This document shows positions 51,005 through 61,171 of a stretch of DNA of 64,000 nt, in pieces. The DNA lies in assembly GCA_023480735.1 (NCBI GenBank), contig JAMCXB010000043.1, forward strand, positions 12,750 through 76,749. The letters are read 5' to 3'. A program made the translations under genes and the position numbers. Positions within the stretch are counted from its first letter, which is position 1, and each line of letters opens with the position of its first letter. A model generated the notes under the pieces. That model searched no databases. It was not told where the DNA came from and saw only the letters and a list, made by a program, of their open reading frames with translations. Origin of the DNA: Bacteroidota bacterium. GTDB lineage: Bacteria; Bacteroidota; Ignavibacteria; Kryptoniales; JAKASW01.

Positions 51005-51185
51005 TGACAGTCATAAATGGTAGGTTATGCGAGTCTTGGAGTAATTGTCCTGATTAGTTTGAGTTATAATCAAGAAAATGAAATGCCGGATGAATCAAAT
51101 CATACTTAGACCGGGTGATTTTGGCCGGACAATCGTTATTGTCTTTGTTTCCATGAGTGCTAAGAGAACTCTGCGGTAATGAGAC
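51005..51185 (+). promoter_or_regulatory. M-box (ykoK-type) Mg2+ riboswitch candidate in the mgtA leader
   Basis: Blocks resemble the B. subtilis M-box: gGUAGGUuAuGC...uGGAGUAa (compare GUUAGGUGAGGC...UGGAGAUA), GGGUGAUUUU (compare AGGUGAUUUU), CCAUgAGUGCUAAgagaaCUCUgCGg (compare CCAUACAGUGCUAAAGCUCUACG). It ends at the mgtA start codon. Confidence 0.5.
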
Positions 51186-53806
51186 TGTCTCTTCCGAATA
51201 TTTTGCCGAAACTTTTTCCCGCTGTGAAATCCGGCGCTAATCGGATCGATCTGTCGCCTCAGCTTCTCAAAGCTTCGAAGAGCACAGTCGCTGAATTATA
51301 TGGGGATCATGGAACCTCGCCTGATGGCCTTACGACCGAAGAAGCTGAACGAAGGATCGAGGAATACGGCGCGAACGTTGTCGTCCGAGAACACAGAAAC
51401 GGATGGATAAAACTCCTTCTCAATGCAGTAGTGAATCCGCTGGTGATTCTTCTTGCTATATTGGGGACAGTCTCACTCCTCACACAGGACATTGAGACGG
51501 CCATTATCATTGGGTCCATGGTATTGCTGGGTATCGTTTTGAGGTTTGTTCAGGAGTATCGTGCCGACACAGCCGCAGCAAAGTTAAAGGCGATGATCCA
51601 TGTTACGGCGACTGTATTGCGCGACGGTGAAGCGAAAGAAATTCCCCTCGCAGAAATCGTTCCGGGCGACATTGTGAAGTTGGCAGCGGGAGATATGATA
51701 CCTGCCGATGTCCGTCTCGTTGCAGCGAAAGATCTGTTTATCATCCAGAGTAGCCTTACGGGTGAGTCACTTCCTGTGGAGAAGTTCGATACGCTGCAGG
51801 ACGGCACCGGGCGTACCCCGCTCGAATCACAGAACCTCTGTTTCCTCGGCACAAGCGTTGAAAGCGGCAGCGGGACGGCGGTCGTTATTAACACGGGGTT
51901 CAACACGTATTTGGGCCGTATGGCGGGCATGATCACCACGCAGACACAGGAAACCGGCTTCGACAAGGGTGTCAAGCGGTTTACCTGGCTCATGTTGCGG
52001 TTTATGTTTGTCATGGTTCCGTTTGTGTTCCTTATAAACGGCCTGACCAAAGGCAACTGGCGTGAAGCGTTTTTCTTTGCATTGGCAGTCGCCGTGGGTC
52101 TGACTCCTGAAATGCTTCCCATGATCGTGACCGTTTGCCTTTCCAAGGGCGCAATTGCAATGTCGAAAAAGAAGGTTATTATAAAGCGGCTCAACTCGAT
52201 ACAGAACTTGGGAGCGATGGACGTGTTGTGCACCGACAAGACGGGCACACTTACCGTCGATCACGTTATTCTCGAGCAGCATTGCGACGTTGTTCAAAAC
52301 GAAGACGATGACGTGCTGATGATGGCATACCTCAACAGTCACTTCCAGACCGGGTTACGAAACATTCTCGACCGTGCCATTCTGGCCCGAAAGGAAATCC
52401 ACGAACAGCTTCATATTCCTGACCACAAGAAGGTTGATGAGATACCCTTCGATTTCTCCCGCAAGGTGATGTCGGTTGTAGTGGAACTGCCCGACTCCAA
52501 GACACGAATGATTACAAAGGGAGCTCCGGAAGAGATTTTCAAGAGGTGCACAGACTTTGAACTAGATGGGGAGATTCACCCGATCGATCCGGTTCTTATA
52601 ACGGATTTGAAAGAGGAGTACGAAAGATTGAGCAGCGACGGATTCCGTGTCCTTGCGCTGGCATACAAAGATTTGGAGCGTAAGCAGGCTTACACAAAAG
52701 ATGACGAGAGTGGAATGATCCTGAAGGGGTATCTTGCATTTCTGGATCCACCGAAAGAGACGGCGTCACCTGCGATCCAGGCGCTTCAGACTCATGGGAT
52801 CGCCGTGAAGGTACTTACCGGCGACAACGAACTTGTGACGAAGAAAATCTGCAGCGAAGTGGGCCTCGCAGTGGACCACTTATTGTTGGGGAGCGAAGTG
52901 GCACAGATGTCTGACCAGGGGCTGGCGGAAGCTGCTGAAAAGACTACGGTCTTTGCCAGACTCTCGCCCGCTGACAAGCAGCGCATAGTCAAGGCGCTGC
53001 AAGCTAACGGACATGCGGTCGGTTTTATGGGTGATGGCATCAACGATGCCCCGGCCTTGCGTGCTGCCGACGTAGGAATATCGGTCGACTCTGCGGTCGA
53101 CATTGCAAAGGAATCTGCCGATGCCATCCTGCTTGAGAAGAGCCTGATGGTGCTTGAAGAAGGGGTGATTGAGGGTAGAAAAGTCTTCGCTAACATACTG
53201 AAGTATATCAGGATGGGAGCAAGCTCCAATTTTGGAAACATGTTCAGCGTTTTGGGCGCGAGCATCTTCCTTCCTTTTCTTCCTATGATGCCCGTCCAGA
53301 TTCTAGCTAATAATCTCCTCTACGACATCTCCCAGACTTCCATCCCGACCGATGATGTAGACCCTGAGCAGGTCGCCAAGCCGCGTCCATGGTCTATGGG
53401 TGAGCTTTCGCGATTTATTCTTTTCATCGGGCCCGTCAGTTCTATTTTCGACTACTCGACATATTTCATGATGCTTTATCTCTTCAATTGCTGGAATCCT
53501 GCCCGGGCTCCGCTATTCCAGACCGGTTGGTTTGTCGAGTCTTTGCTTACTCAGACGCTTATCATTCACGTAATCAGGACGAACAAGATCCCCTTCCTGC
53601 AGAGCCGTGCAAGCTGGCCGCTGATGCTGACAAGCGCAATGGTTATGATAATCGGCATCTGGCTTCCACACTCGCCATTTGCGTCCGCGCTCGGCTTTGT
53701 TGGATTACCGGGACTCTATTGGCCTCTTATAGTTTTGACATTGCTTTGCTACGTTGTTCTGACCCAATTTGTGAAGAACTTTCTATTGAAGAGAGCGTGG
53801 CTGTGA
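51179..53806 (+). CDS. mgtA: magnesium-translocating P-type ATPase
   Basis: TGES, DKTGTLT and GDGINDAPAL motifs. 875 aa. MgtA-like N-terminus (...TTEEAERRIEEYGANVV). Confidence 0.93.
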   Translation: MRLSLPNILPKLFPAVKSGANRIDLSPQLLKASKSTVAELYGDHGTSPDGLTTEEAERRIEEYGANVVVREHRNGWIKLLLNAVVNPLVILLAILGTVSLLTQDIETAIIIGSMVLLGIVLRFVQEYRADTAAAKLKAMIHVTATVLRDGEAKEIPLAEIVPGDIVKLAAGDMIPADVRLVAAKDLFIIQSSLTGESLPVEKFDTLQDGTGRTPLESQNLCFLGTSVESGSGTAVVINTGFNTYLGRMAGMITTQTQETGFDKGVKRFTWLMLRFMFVMVPFVFLINGLTKGNWREAFFFALAVAVGLTPEMLPMIVTVCLSKGAIAMSKKKVIIKRLNSIQNLGAMDVLCTDKTGTLTVDHVILEQHCDVVQNEDDDVLMMAYLNSHFQTGLRNILDRAILARKEIHEQLHIPDHKKVDEIPFDFSRKVMSVVVELPDSKTRMITKGAPEEIFKRCTDFELDGEIHPIDPVLITDLKEEYERLSSDGFRVLALAYKDLERKQAYTKDDESGMILKGYLAFLDPPKETASPAIQALQTHGIAVKVLTGDNELVTKKICSEVGLAVDHLLLGSEVAQMSDQGLAEAAEKTTVFARLSPADKQRIVKALQANGHAVGFMGDGINDAPALRAADVGISVDSAVDIAKESADAILLEKSLMVLEEGVIEGRKVFANILKYIRMGASSNFGNMFSVLGASIFLPFLPMMPVQILANNLLYDISQTSIPTDDVDPEQVAKPRPWSMGELSRFILFIGPVSSIFDYSTYFMMLYLFNCWNPARAPLFQTGWFVESLLTQTLIIHVIRTNKIPFLQSRASWPLMLTSAMVMIIGIWLPHSPFASALGFVGLPGLYWPLIVLTLLCYVVLTQFVKNFLLKRAWL

Positions 53807-54000
53807 TTGATATCGGGTTGCAATGTCATCAAGGATCTCCTCTCTTTCCTGGAGCTTTCCTTGCGAAGGAACCGGCGCGAATTCTCATTAGGCTAAGCGG
53901 CCTGTTTTTCTCCGACAACGGGCATCATAAAACTGTTGCAAAGGGGCCCTGTAACAATTTGTTGACTAACTAATAGTAACTTGTGGTATCAGAAGGATTT

Positions 54001-55188
54001 ATGGATAAACCTTTTCATATTGCGACTGCAAAAGAAATTTTAGAAGGCAAAGTCACAGACGTATACTTTACGCGTGCACTAAGTGTTCTCAACACGAAGA
54101 ATATTCGCAAAACCGTAAAGGCCGAATTTGTCGTAAAACGTTTCCCGCGCAATTATCCGTGGGCAGTGCTTGCCGGTCTGGACGAGGCAATTGCATTGCT
54201 GAGCAACCTTCCCGTGAAGGTGAAGGCCATGCGAGAGGGAACCGTCTTCTATCCGAATGAGCCGGTGCTTGTAATCGAGGGTCTGTATCAGGACTTTGCC
54301 ATTCATGAAACAGCATTGCTCGGTTTTCTATGCCAGGCGTCCGGCATTGCAACAAAAGCCTCGCGTGTGAGAGTAGCCGCGGGAGATAAACCGGTAGTGC
54401 ATTTTGGTGCCCGTCGAATGCATCCGTCGATAACTCCGATGATAGACCGCAACGCATTCATAGGCGGCTGCGATGGGGTTGCTACTCTTTTGGGGGCTGA
54501 CGACATAGGAATCAAGCCGAGCGGCACAATGCCTCATTCGATGATTCTGTTATTTCGGGATACGGTGGAGGCGGCGAAAGCTTTCGACGAAGTCGTCGAT
54601 CCATCAGTACAGAGAACCGTACTCATAGATACTTTCCATGATGAGAAGTTCGAATCGATCAGAGTCGCCGAGGCCCTTGGAAAGAAACTATTCGCGGTAC
54701 GGCTTGATACTCCGGGCTCAAGGCGGGGAGATTTTTTGGCGATATGCAAGGAGGTGAGATGGGAACTGGACGTCCGCGGATATAAGGATGTGAAGATATT
54801 CGTGAGCGGCGGCGTCGACGAGTTCTCCATTCAGCAAATGAATGCCGTGGTTGACGCATACGGCGTCGGGACCTCCATAAGCAGTGCGCCTGTGCTTGAC
54901 TTCGCAATGGATATTATCGAGATCGAGGGCGAACCTGTTTCCAAGAGAGGTAAACTCTCCGGGGAAAAGCAGGTGTATTTGAACAGAAAGACGGGGAAAC
55001 GAAAAGTGGTCCCGGCCTCTCACAAGCGCGAGAGATCGTTTGAGCCTCTGCTTAAGCCGATACTTAGCAACGGAAGGCTCTTGCTGAAGCAGTCTGAGAA
55101 CTTCGAACTCAGAAACTATGTGTTGAAGCAGATAAAGGATTCCCATTTAGAAATTGAGACGCTTACTCGAGACAGAAATCTCGGATGA
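54001..55188 (+). CDS. nicotinate phosphoribosyltransferase (type II PRTase, archaeal/Thermoplasma-like form)
   Basis: ATG behind GAAGGA. ...KVTDVYFTRA...AVLAGLDEA...HETALLGFLCQASGIATKA...GTMPHSMIL...VRLDTPGSRRG. Confidence 0.8.
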   Translation: MDKPFHIATAKEILEGKVTDVYFTRALSVLNTKNIRKTVKAEFVVKRFPRNYPWAVLAGLDEAIALLSNLPVKVKAMREGTVFYPNEPVLVIEGLYQDFAIHETALLGFLCQASGIATKASRVRVAAGDKPVVHFGARRMHPSITPMIDRNAFIGGCDGVATLLGADDIGIKPSGTMPHSMILLFRDTVEAAKAFDEVVDPSVQRTVLIDTFHDEKFESIRVAEALGKKLFAVRLDTPGSRRGDFLAICKEVRWELDVRGYKDVKIFVSGGVDEFSIQQMNAVVDAYGVGTSISSAPVLDFAMDIIEIEGEPVSKRGKLSGEKQVYLNRKTGKRKVVPASHKRERSFEPLLKPILSNGRLLLKQSENFELRNYVLKQIKDSHLEIETLTRDRNLG

Positions 55189-55417
55189 AAGCGTCAGGGC
55201 AAGGGTGTCTCAAGAAACCGAAGAGATGTTTGGGAAATTCATTTCCCTCCTGGCAAAGGCCGTGGAGTATTTGCCTGATACTGAAAGGAAGGATGTGAGG
55301 GGCGAGTTTCTTGTGCCAACCGGCGATTCTTTCTCCAGAACAGCGAGCCTCCTTGAGGATTTCTCCACTGTGAAGGACTTTTTTCTCAGCCGCCGTGATA
55401 TGGAAGAAGGGCAATGA
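55154..55417 (+). CDS. hypothetical small acidic protein (63-87 aa depending on start)
   Basis: Open frame bridges the NAPRT stop and the thioesterase start (ATGA overlap at 55414-55417). Start ambiguous (TTG 55154 or ATG 55226). No motif recognised. Confidence 0.35.
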   Translation: MRRLLETEISDESVRARVSQETEEMFGKFISLLAKAVEYLPDTERKDVRGEFLVPTGDSFSRTASLLEDFSTVKDFFLSRRDMEEGQ

Positions 55418-55785
55418 AAAGCGGTTTGAGCGTCGGTATGGAGTCTACCGTAACTTTCTTCGTTGACGAAGGGATGGCGGCGACTTTCGAGGGAAGGACT
55501 GTTCACAAACTCCTCTCGACGTTCCTTCTCGTCTATTATGCCGAGCTTGCTGCTAGGAACCTGATAGAGCCTTATTTGCAGGAGGGGGAGGATGCAGCGG
55601 GCGCTGGAATTTGTCTGAACCACATTGCGCCGACTACGATCGGTGAAACCGCCAGGGTCACCGCTATTCTTTCGGAGATACATGAGAAGAGATTGGTCTG
55701 CAAGATAGAGGGGACGAATTCAAAAGGGAGTATTTGCAACGGCACCCAGACGCAGATATTGATAGAGAAGGGAAGTCTAAACTGA
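55414..55785 (+). CDS. hotdog-fold thioesterase (FlK-like family)
   Basis: 123 aa. ...LLSTFLLVYYAELAARNLIEPYL...AGICLNHIAPTTIGETARVTA...RLVCKIEGTN... pattern typical of small acyl-CoA thioesterases. Confidence 0.65.
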   Translation: MKSGLSVGMESTVTFFVDEGMAATFEGRTVHKLLSTFLLVYYAELAARNLIEPYLQEGEDAAGAGICLNHIAPTTIGETARVTAILSEIHEKRLVCKIEGTNSKGSICNGTQTQILIEKGSLN

Positions 55786-56967
55786 AACTGAGTGCACGCC
55801 GAGAATTTCACCGGCAATTTCATCGCATACAGTAAAGCCCTTTGTAGTCAATAGAAGTTTATTGCCAGCAATAGTGCAGTATCCTGACTTTTTCAGGCCG
55901 GTAACAAAATCCTCTTCGAGGGCTATCCCGAACCTGGATATAAGAACGCTTAAATCCAACTTTCCCTGACGCAGGCTGAGAAATATAAACTCATCCTGGA
56001 CTTGAGACGGCGACAGGACCTCCTCTGCGGAAACCGGAAGCACGTTGTTACCGAGGCGGCTAAGGTATCCGTTCAGAGATGAGACATTCCACCATCTTCT
56101 ATTGTTCATGTGAGAATGGGCACTTGGGCCGAAGCCGATATAATTATACCCGTTCCAGTATTTCAAATTGTGTTTGCACTGAAAACCCGGAGCGGAATAG
56201 TTCGAGATCTCGTAATGATCGTACCCTTTTGCCTTCATAAATTCCATGACTGTCTCGTACATCGCTGCTTCGGTGTTGTCCTCCGCCGGATTTAGTTCTC
56301 CTTTGGAAACGGCTGAAAACAGTGGGGTGCCAGGCTCAACTATCAATGCGTAAGCTGATATGTGATTTGGGTTTAACGCGACTCCCGTTTCAAGGTTGGA
56401 GAGCACTCTCTCCGTAGTCTGAGCGGGCAGGGCGTACATCAAGTCTATGTTGATGTTTTGAAACCCCGCATGGCGAGCCTCCTCGATGGCCGCAACAGCA
56501 TCATGCGAATTATGGATTCGTGAAAGAAACTTGAGATCGTCATCGAAAAAAGACTGCACGCCGAAGCTCAGTCTGTTTGCCCCGAGTGTGCGGTAACTCG
56601 ACAGATTGTTGGTGTTAACTGTTCCCGGGTTGCATTCGATTGTAAACTCCGGATCGCTTACAATTATGAAATGATGCCCGATCGCTTCGATGATTTTCTC
56701 GAGTTCGGACGGCGAGAGAAGAGAAGGTGTTCCACCGCCTAAGAAGATCGTATCGACTGTCTGTTTCGGATTAGATTCGGAATAGAGAGCTACTTCTTTT
56801 ATGAGGGACGCTACGAATTCGTCACGTTGAGAATGATTCTCGATTGAGTAGAAGTCACAGTAGAAGCACTTCTTTTCGCAGAATGGAATGTGGATGTATA
56901 ACCCAAGGTTCGAAGGGTTGGTTTCCGCAGTCGCCTTTATCTGGGGATTATTCCGATCCTGTCCCAT
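55777..56967 (-). CDS. hemW: radical-SAM haem chaperone HemW (HemN-like)
   Basis: LYIHIPFCEKKCFYCDF (CxxxCxxC) and ...IFLGGGTPS... 396 aa. Confidence 0.9.
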   Translation of the reverse strand: MGQDRNNPQIKATAETNPSNLGLYIHIPFCEKKCFYCDFYSIENHSQRDEFVASLIKEVALYSESNPKQTVDTIFLGGGTPSLLSPSELEKIIEAIGHHFIIVSDPEFTIECNPGTVNTNNLSSYRTLGANRLSFGVQSFFDDDLKFLSRIHNSHDAVAAIEEARHAGFQNINIDLMYALPAQTTERVLSNLETGVALNPNHISAYALIVEPGTPLFSAVSKGELNPAEDNTEAAMYETVMEFMKAKGYDHYEISNYSAPGFQCKHNLKYWNGYNYIGFGPSAHSHMNNRRWWNVSSLNGYLSRLGNNVLPVSAEEVLSPSQVQDEFIFLSLRQGKLDLSVLISRFGIALEEDFVTGLKKSGYCTIAGNKLLLTTKGFTVCDEIAGEILGVHSVSV

Positions 56968-57923
56968 TTTATCGACGCTAATTTTTGAGGAAGATCATAA
57001 ATTGGAATCCCCTGATTCCAATTCCAGTAAACTACCATTGGCTCACCGACAATGTCCTTGAACGGAACGAAACCCCAATACCTGCTATCGAGACTGTTTT
57101 CTCTGTTATCTCCCATCATGAAGTAGTAATTCCCCTCGACCTTGTAATCCATGGCCGGCTTGTTGTCTACGTAGACCGTCGAGCCGCGCAGGTCGCAGGT
57201 GTGCCCCTCTCGCTCGATGAAAATCTTCCATTTCAAAAAATTGCCCGGCGTGAGACGAATCACTTCACCTTTCTTCGGTACGACAATGGGTCCGTAGTTG
57301 TCCGCATTGAAGCCGGAGCCTTCAGGGAAAATCATGGGATCGGCATAACCTTTTGGGAGGATGTTGTAAGTATCGAATTTCACGTCTGGCGGGAAGGGAA
57401 TGCGGTTGCCGTTCACATAAACGATTCGGTTCACGATCGATACCGTATCTCCGGGAAGTCCGATGCATCTCTTCACATAATCGGTGTCCAGGACGGTCTT
57501 GACCTCATCCCGGTCTCCCGGCCAGTCGAATACGATGATATCGCCCCGATGCGGAAGGCGGAGCCCCGGAAGACGAAAGTATGGAATTGGAATACGCGTT
57601 AAGGGAATGTATTGAGGAGGCCGGGCTCCATATATGAACTTGTTAACGAAGAGGAAATCTCCGGTCATTACGGTATTTTCCATAGACTCTGTAGGCACGC
57701 CATATCCTTGAACGACAAAGGTGATGAGAAGCAGGGCAAATGTAACGGGCGCGACGAAGCTCGCCCCCATTGAAGAGATCCTTTTTAGAAGTGTGATCTC
57801 TTTGGTTTTACGTGCTGATCGTTCACCTGTCTGCCTTTCTACTCCTGCGGCAGTGTCATGCTTGCTGCGTGCTTTCCGGCCGGACCTGCTCGGACCATTC
57901 GACCTATCTTGTGACGACTGCAT
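56937..57923 (-). CDS. lepB: signal peptidase I (downstream copy of a tandem pair)
   Basis: TM anchor, nucleophile motif VPTESMENT, general-base motif VKRCIG, and GDNRENSLDSRYWG. Confidence 0.9.
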   Translation of the reverse strand: MQSSQDRSNGPSRSGRKARSKHDTAAGVERQTGERSARKTKEITLLKRISSMGASFVAPVTFALLLITFVVQGYGVPTESMENTVMTGDFLFVNKFIYGARPPQYIPLTRIPIPYFRLPGLRLPHRGDIIVFDWPGDRDEVKTVLDTDYVKRCIGLPGDTVSIVNRIVYVNGNRIPFPPDVKFDTYNILPKGYADPMIFPEGSGFNADNYGPIVVPKKGEVIRLTPGNFLKWKIFIEREGHTCDLRGSTVYVDNKPAMDYKVEGNYYFMMGDNRENSLDSRYWGFVPFKDIVGEPMVVYWNWNQGIPIYDLPQKLASIKWDRIGIIPR

Positions 57924-57971
57924 ACTTCCTTCCTCCGCTCAGACTAATGCAAAAGCTTTCAACCGTTCGAC

Positions 57972-58889
57972 CTAATGTATTATCATCCCTATTCTATTCC
58001 AGCGCACGCTTCCTAGCTTCGAGAATATGTCATAAATCGGTATATTGGGGCTCCAGGACCAATACACAATCATTGCCTCTCCCACAATGTTTCGAAACGG
58101 CACAAACCCCCAGAATCTGCTGTCCAAGCTGTTCTCCCGGTTATCTCCCATCATAAAATAATAGTTGTTCTTGACGGTGTACTCAGTTGTCGGCCTGTTG
58201 TTTACAAAGACTGTTGAACCTCGAAGGTTACAGGAATTTCCCTCACGCTCGATGAATATTTTCCACTTCAGGTAATTTCTCGCGCTAAGGTGGATCACCT
58301 CACCCTTCTTTGGGACTACAATCGGTCCGTAATTGTCCTCGTTGAAGTCCGACCCTTCGGGAAAGATCTGAGGATTCGGATAGCCCTTGGGGAGAATGGT
58401 GTAGGTGTCAAACTTCACTCCCGGAGGAAACGGTTGAAGTTTGCTGTTTACATAGACAGCCCTGTTCACGACCTGGACTGTGTCGCCGGGAGTGCCGATA
58501 CATCTCTTTATATAATCGACAGGTTGAGCAGGCTTGACCTCATTGCGGTCGCCCGGCCAGTTAAACACCACGACATCGCCCCGGTGGGGATATCTCAGCG
58601 GCGGCAGCTGGAAATAGGGGATCGAGATGTCGGTAAAGGGAAGATATTGCGGGCTCTTCGACCCGTAGATGAATTTATTTACAAGAAGGAAATCGCCGAC
58701 GAGCAGAGTGTTCTCCATGGAACCCGTGGGAATCCTGAAGGCTTCAACGACAAACGTTTTAAGGAGTAATGCGGCGATGATCGCAAAGATCAAGCCTTCG
58801 ATCGAATCTCTGAATCTTTTCTTTTGAGGTTTGTTCTGTTTCTTCTGTGCGGTTTGTTCCACATTACGGGTTCCCGTGGACTGTTTCAA
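57972..58889 (-). CDS. lepB: signal peptidase I (upstream copy of a tandem pair)
   Basis: IPTGSMENT, IKRCIG and GDNRENSLDSRFWG. Colinear with the adjacent copy at roughly 70 percent identity by eye. Confidence 0.9.
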   Translation of the reverse strand: MKQSTGTRNVEQTAQKKQNKPQKKRFRDSIEGLIFAIIAALLLKTFVVEAFRIPTGSMENTLLVGDFLLVNKFIYGSKSPQYLPFTDISIPYFQLPPLRYPHRGDVVVFNWPGDRNEVKPAQPVDYIKRCIGTPGDTVQVVNRAVYVNSKLQPFPPGVKFDTYTILPKGYPNPQIFPEGSDFNEDNYGPIVVPKKGEVIHLSARNYLKWKIFIEREGNSCNLRGSTVFVNNRPTTEYTVKNNYYFMMGDNRENSLDSRFWGFVPFRNIVGEAMIVYWSWSPNIPIYDIFSKLGSVRWNRIGMIIH

Positions 58890-58914
58890 TTTTTCTTCTC
58901 CATGATCCTAAGGA

Positions 58915-60726
58915 TTATTCTTCTTCATTAAGTGAAAGCACAGCGAGGAAGGCTTCCTGCGGAACTTCGACCCTTCCAATCTGCTTCATCCGCTTCTTGC
59001 CCTCTTTTTGTTTCTCCAGGAGTTTTCGCTTTCTGGTGATGTCGCCGCCATAGCATTTTGCTATGACATTCTTCCTTATCGGGGAAATGCTTTCGCGAGC
59101 AATGATTTTGCTGCCGATTGCAGCCTGAATTACGACTTCGAAAAGTTGTTTCGGGATCAGCTTGCGCAGTTTCGAGCTGAGCTTTCTTCCCCAGTCGTAG
59201 GACTTCTCCCTGTGGACGACTGATGATAATGCGTCAACTACCTCTCCGTTCAATAAGATATCGAGCTTGACTAGATCTGACTCCCGGGTGTCGAGATATT
59301 CGTAGTCGAATGAAGCGTAGCCTCGTGTAAGAGACTTCAGCTTGTCAAAAAAATCAAACACAATCTCTGCAAGAGGAAGTTCAAACCTTATGTCTGCGCG
59401 CTTAGTGTCGATGTAGGTCGTGTTCTTGTAGACACCGCGCCGATCCATGCAGAGCTTCATAACATTTCCGATGAATTCGGACGGGCAAATGATCTGTGCG
59501 GTCACGTATGGCTCTTCGATGTGGTCTATCTCGGCAGGCGAGGGCATCGCCGCAGGGTTGTCAACGAGCAGGACCTCTTTGTTCGTTCTTACCACTTTGT
59601 ATTCGACGTTTGGGACCGTAGTAATGATTGTCTGGTTGAATTCCCGCTCGAGTCTCTCCTGCACGATTTCCATGTGGAGGAGTCCGAGGAAACCGCATCT
59701 GAAACCGAAACCGAGAGCGGTCGATGTCTCCGGCTCATAGAGAAGAGCGGCGTCATTCAGTTTGAATTTCGCGAGAGCGTCCCTGAGTTCCTCAAAGTGT
59801 TCGCTCTGTGCCGGATACAGGCCGCTGAAAACCATCGGCTTCACCTCACGATAACCTGGCAGCGGGTCGTGTGCCTCATTGTCCGCGTTCATCACCGTAT
59901 CGCCGACGCGTGCATCGGTTAGTTCCTTCACTCCCGCAATTAGATATCCCACGTTACCCGCCTCGAGTTCCTTTGTCGGAACTCGATTTATCTCAAGCAC
60001 GCCGACCTCTTCTGCCAGGAAGACTTTTCCAGTCTTGTGAAATGACACTTTGTCGTTAGTCTTGAGTACCCCATCGACGATACGAATATATGTAACTACA
60101 CCTCTATAAGAGTCGTATTTGGCATCAAAAATCAGGGCACGCGTCGGGGCGTCTACATTGCCCGCAGGAGGCGGTATGCGGTTGACTACTGCCTCCAGCA
60201 CTTCATCGATGCCGATCTTAGCCTTAGCGCTGGCCAGGAGAATATCCTCCTCTTTGCACCCAATGAGGTCTACGAGCTGCTTCTTTACATCTTCCACCAT
60301 AGCGCTGGGCAGATCTATCTTATTTATGACCGGGACTATCTCCAGTCCGGCATCTACGGCCATGTAGACATTGCTGATTGTCTGAGCTTCGACGCCCTGT
60401 GACGCGTCGACTACAAGTATGGCACCCTCACAGGCCGCAAGTGATCGCGACACTTCATAAGAAAAATCGACGTGGCCCGGTGTATCGATGAGGTTGAGTG
60501 TGTAAGCGTTGCCGTCCCTTGCACCGTACTTCATCTGAATGGCGTGACTCTTGATGGTTATGCCTCGCTCCCGCTCTAACGGCATATCGTCGAGTATCTG
60601 GTCTACCATCTGTCGTTGAGCTATAGTACCGGTCCGTTCAAGCAGCCTGTCGGCAAGAGTTGATTTCCCGTGATCTATGTGCGCAATGATACAGAAATTC
60701 CTAATAAGCTGGGGAGAAAGACTCAT
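58915..60726 (-). CDS. lepA: translation elongation factor 4
   Basis: [30 protein letters not shown], and the C-terminal LepA-specific region ...[25 protein letters not shown]. Confidence 0.97.
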   Translation of the reverse strand: MSLSPQLIRNFCIIAHIDHGKSTLADRLLERTGTIAQRQMVDQILDDMPLERERGITIKSHAIQMKYGARDGNAYTLNLIDTPGHVDFSYEVSRSLAACEGAILVVDASQGVEAQTISNVYMAVDAGLEIVPVINKIDLPSAMVEDVKKQLVDLIGCKEEDILLASAKAKIGIDEVLEAVVNRIPPPAGNVDAPTRALIFDAKYDSYRGVVTYIRIVDGVLKTNDKVSFHKTGKVFLAEEVGVLEINRVPTKELEAGNVGYLIAGVKELTDARVGDTVMNADNEAHDPLPGYREVKPMVFSGLYPAQSEHFEELRDALAKFKLNDAALLYEPETSTALGFGFRCGFLGLLHMEIVQERLEREFNQTIITTVPNVEYKVVRTNKEVLLVDNPAAMPSPAEIDHIEEPYVTAQIICPSEFIGNVMKLCMDRRGVYKNTTYIDTKRADIRFELPLAEIVFDFFDKLKSLTRGYASFDYEYLDTRESDLVKLDILLNGEVVDALSSVVHREKSYDWGRKLSSKLRKLIPKQLFEVVIQAAIGSKIIARESISPIRKNVIAKCYGGDITRKRKLLEKQKEGKKRMKQIGRVEVPQEAFLAVLSLNEEE

Positions 60727-61171
60727 TTGTGTGGCTGATTCATCTCATCTTTTTTTGTGCATCAATATACGCAAGGCCATGCCCTTTATCAATTTACGCG
60801 GTGATGAATAGATGAAGTTGTTCAAGGTATTTACGATCTGATGAAGCATGAAGCGGCCGGCAGGAATAATGATTCCGACTCCTTAGAAATCCTTTTCCCC
60901 TGTAATATTGTGCCGAAAGGTCGCCTGTTCGGACTTCTCGGTGCCCGGTGGAGACTTGGCGGGAATTGCCTTGAGCAGGAACCGCAAAAGCCATCACAGC
61001 ATAGCTGACCAGTGTTCCAGATGCTGCAGCATCAGGATAAGAGAAACGAGGTTGATGGTTTCCGGTAAGTTGACCATATTTGCATAAGAATTTCTCATCG
61101 CGTCTTTGTGGCGGAGAAGTCGTGAATATCCGGTTTGAATTTTCGAACTCTCATTTGGAAAGGAGTAAGTG

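Noticed and set aside
55185-55298. ATG at 55185 overlapping the NAPRT stop (GGATGA), a classic coupling geometry.
   Set aside because: It encodes only a 37-aa basic, low-complexity peptide (MKASGQGCLKKPKRCLGNSFPSWQRPWSICLILKGRM) in a frame that clashes with the better-supported 55154-55417 frame.
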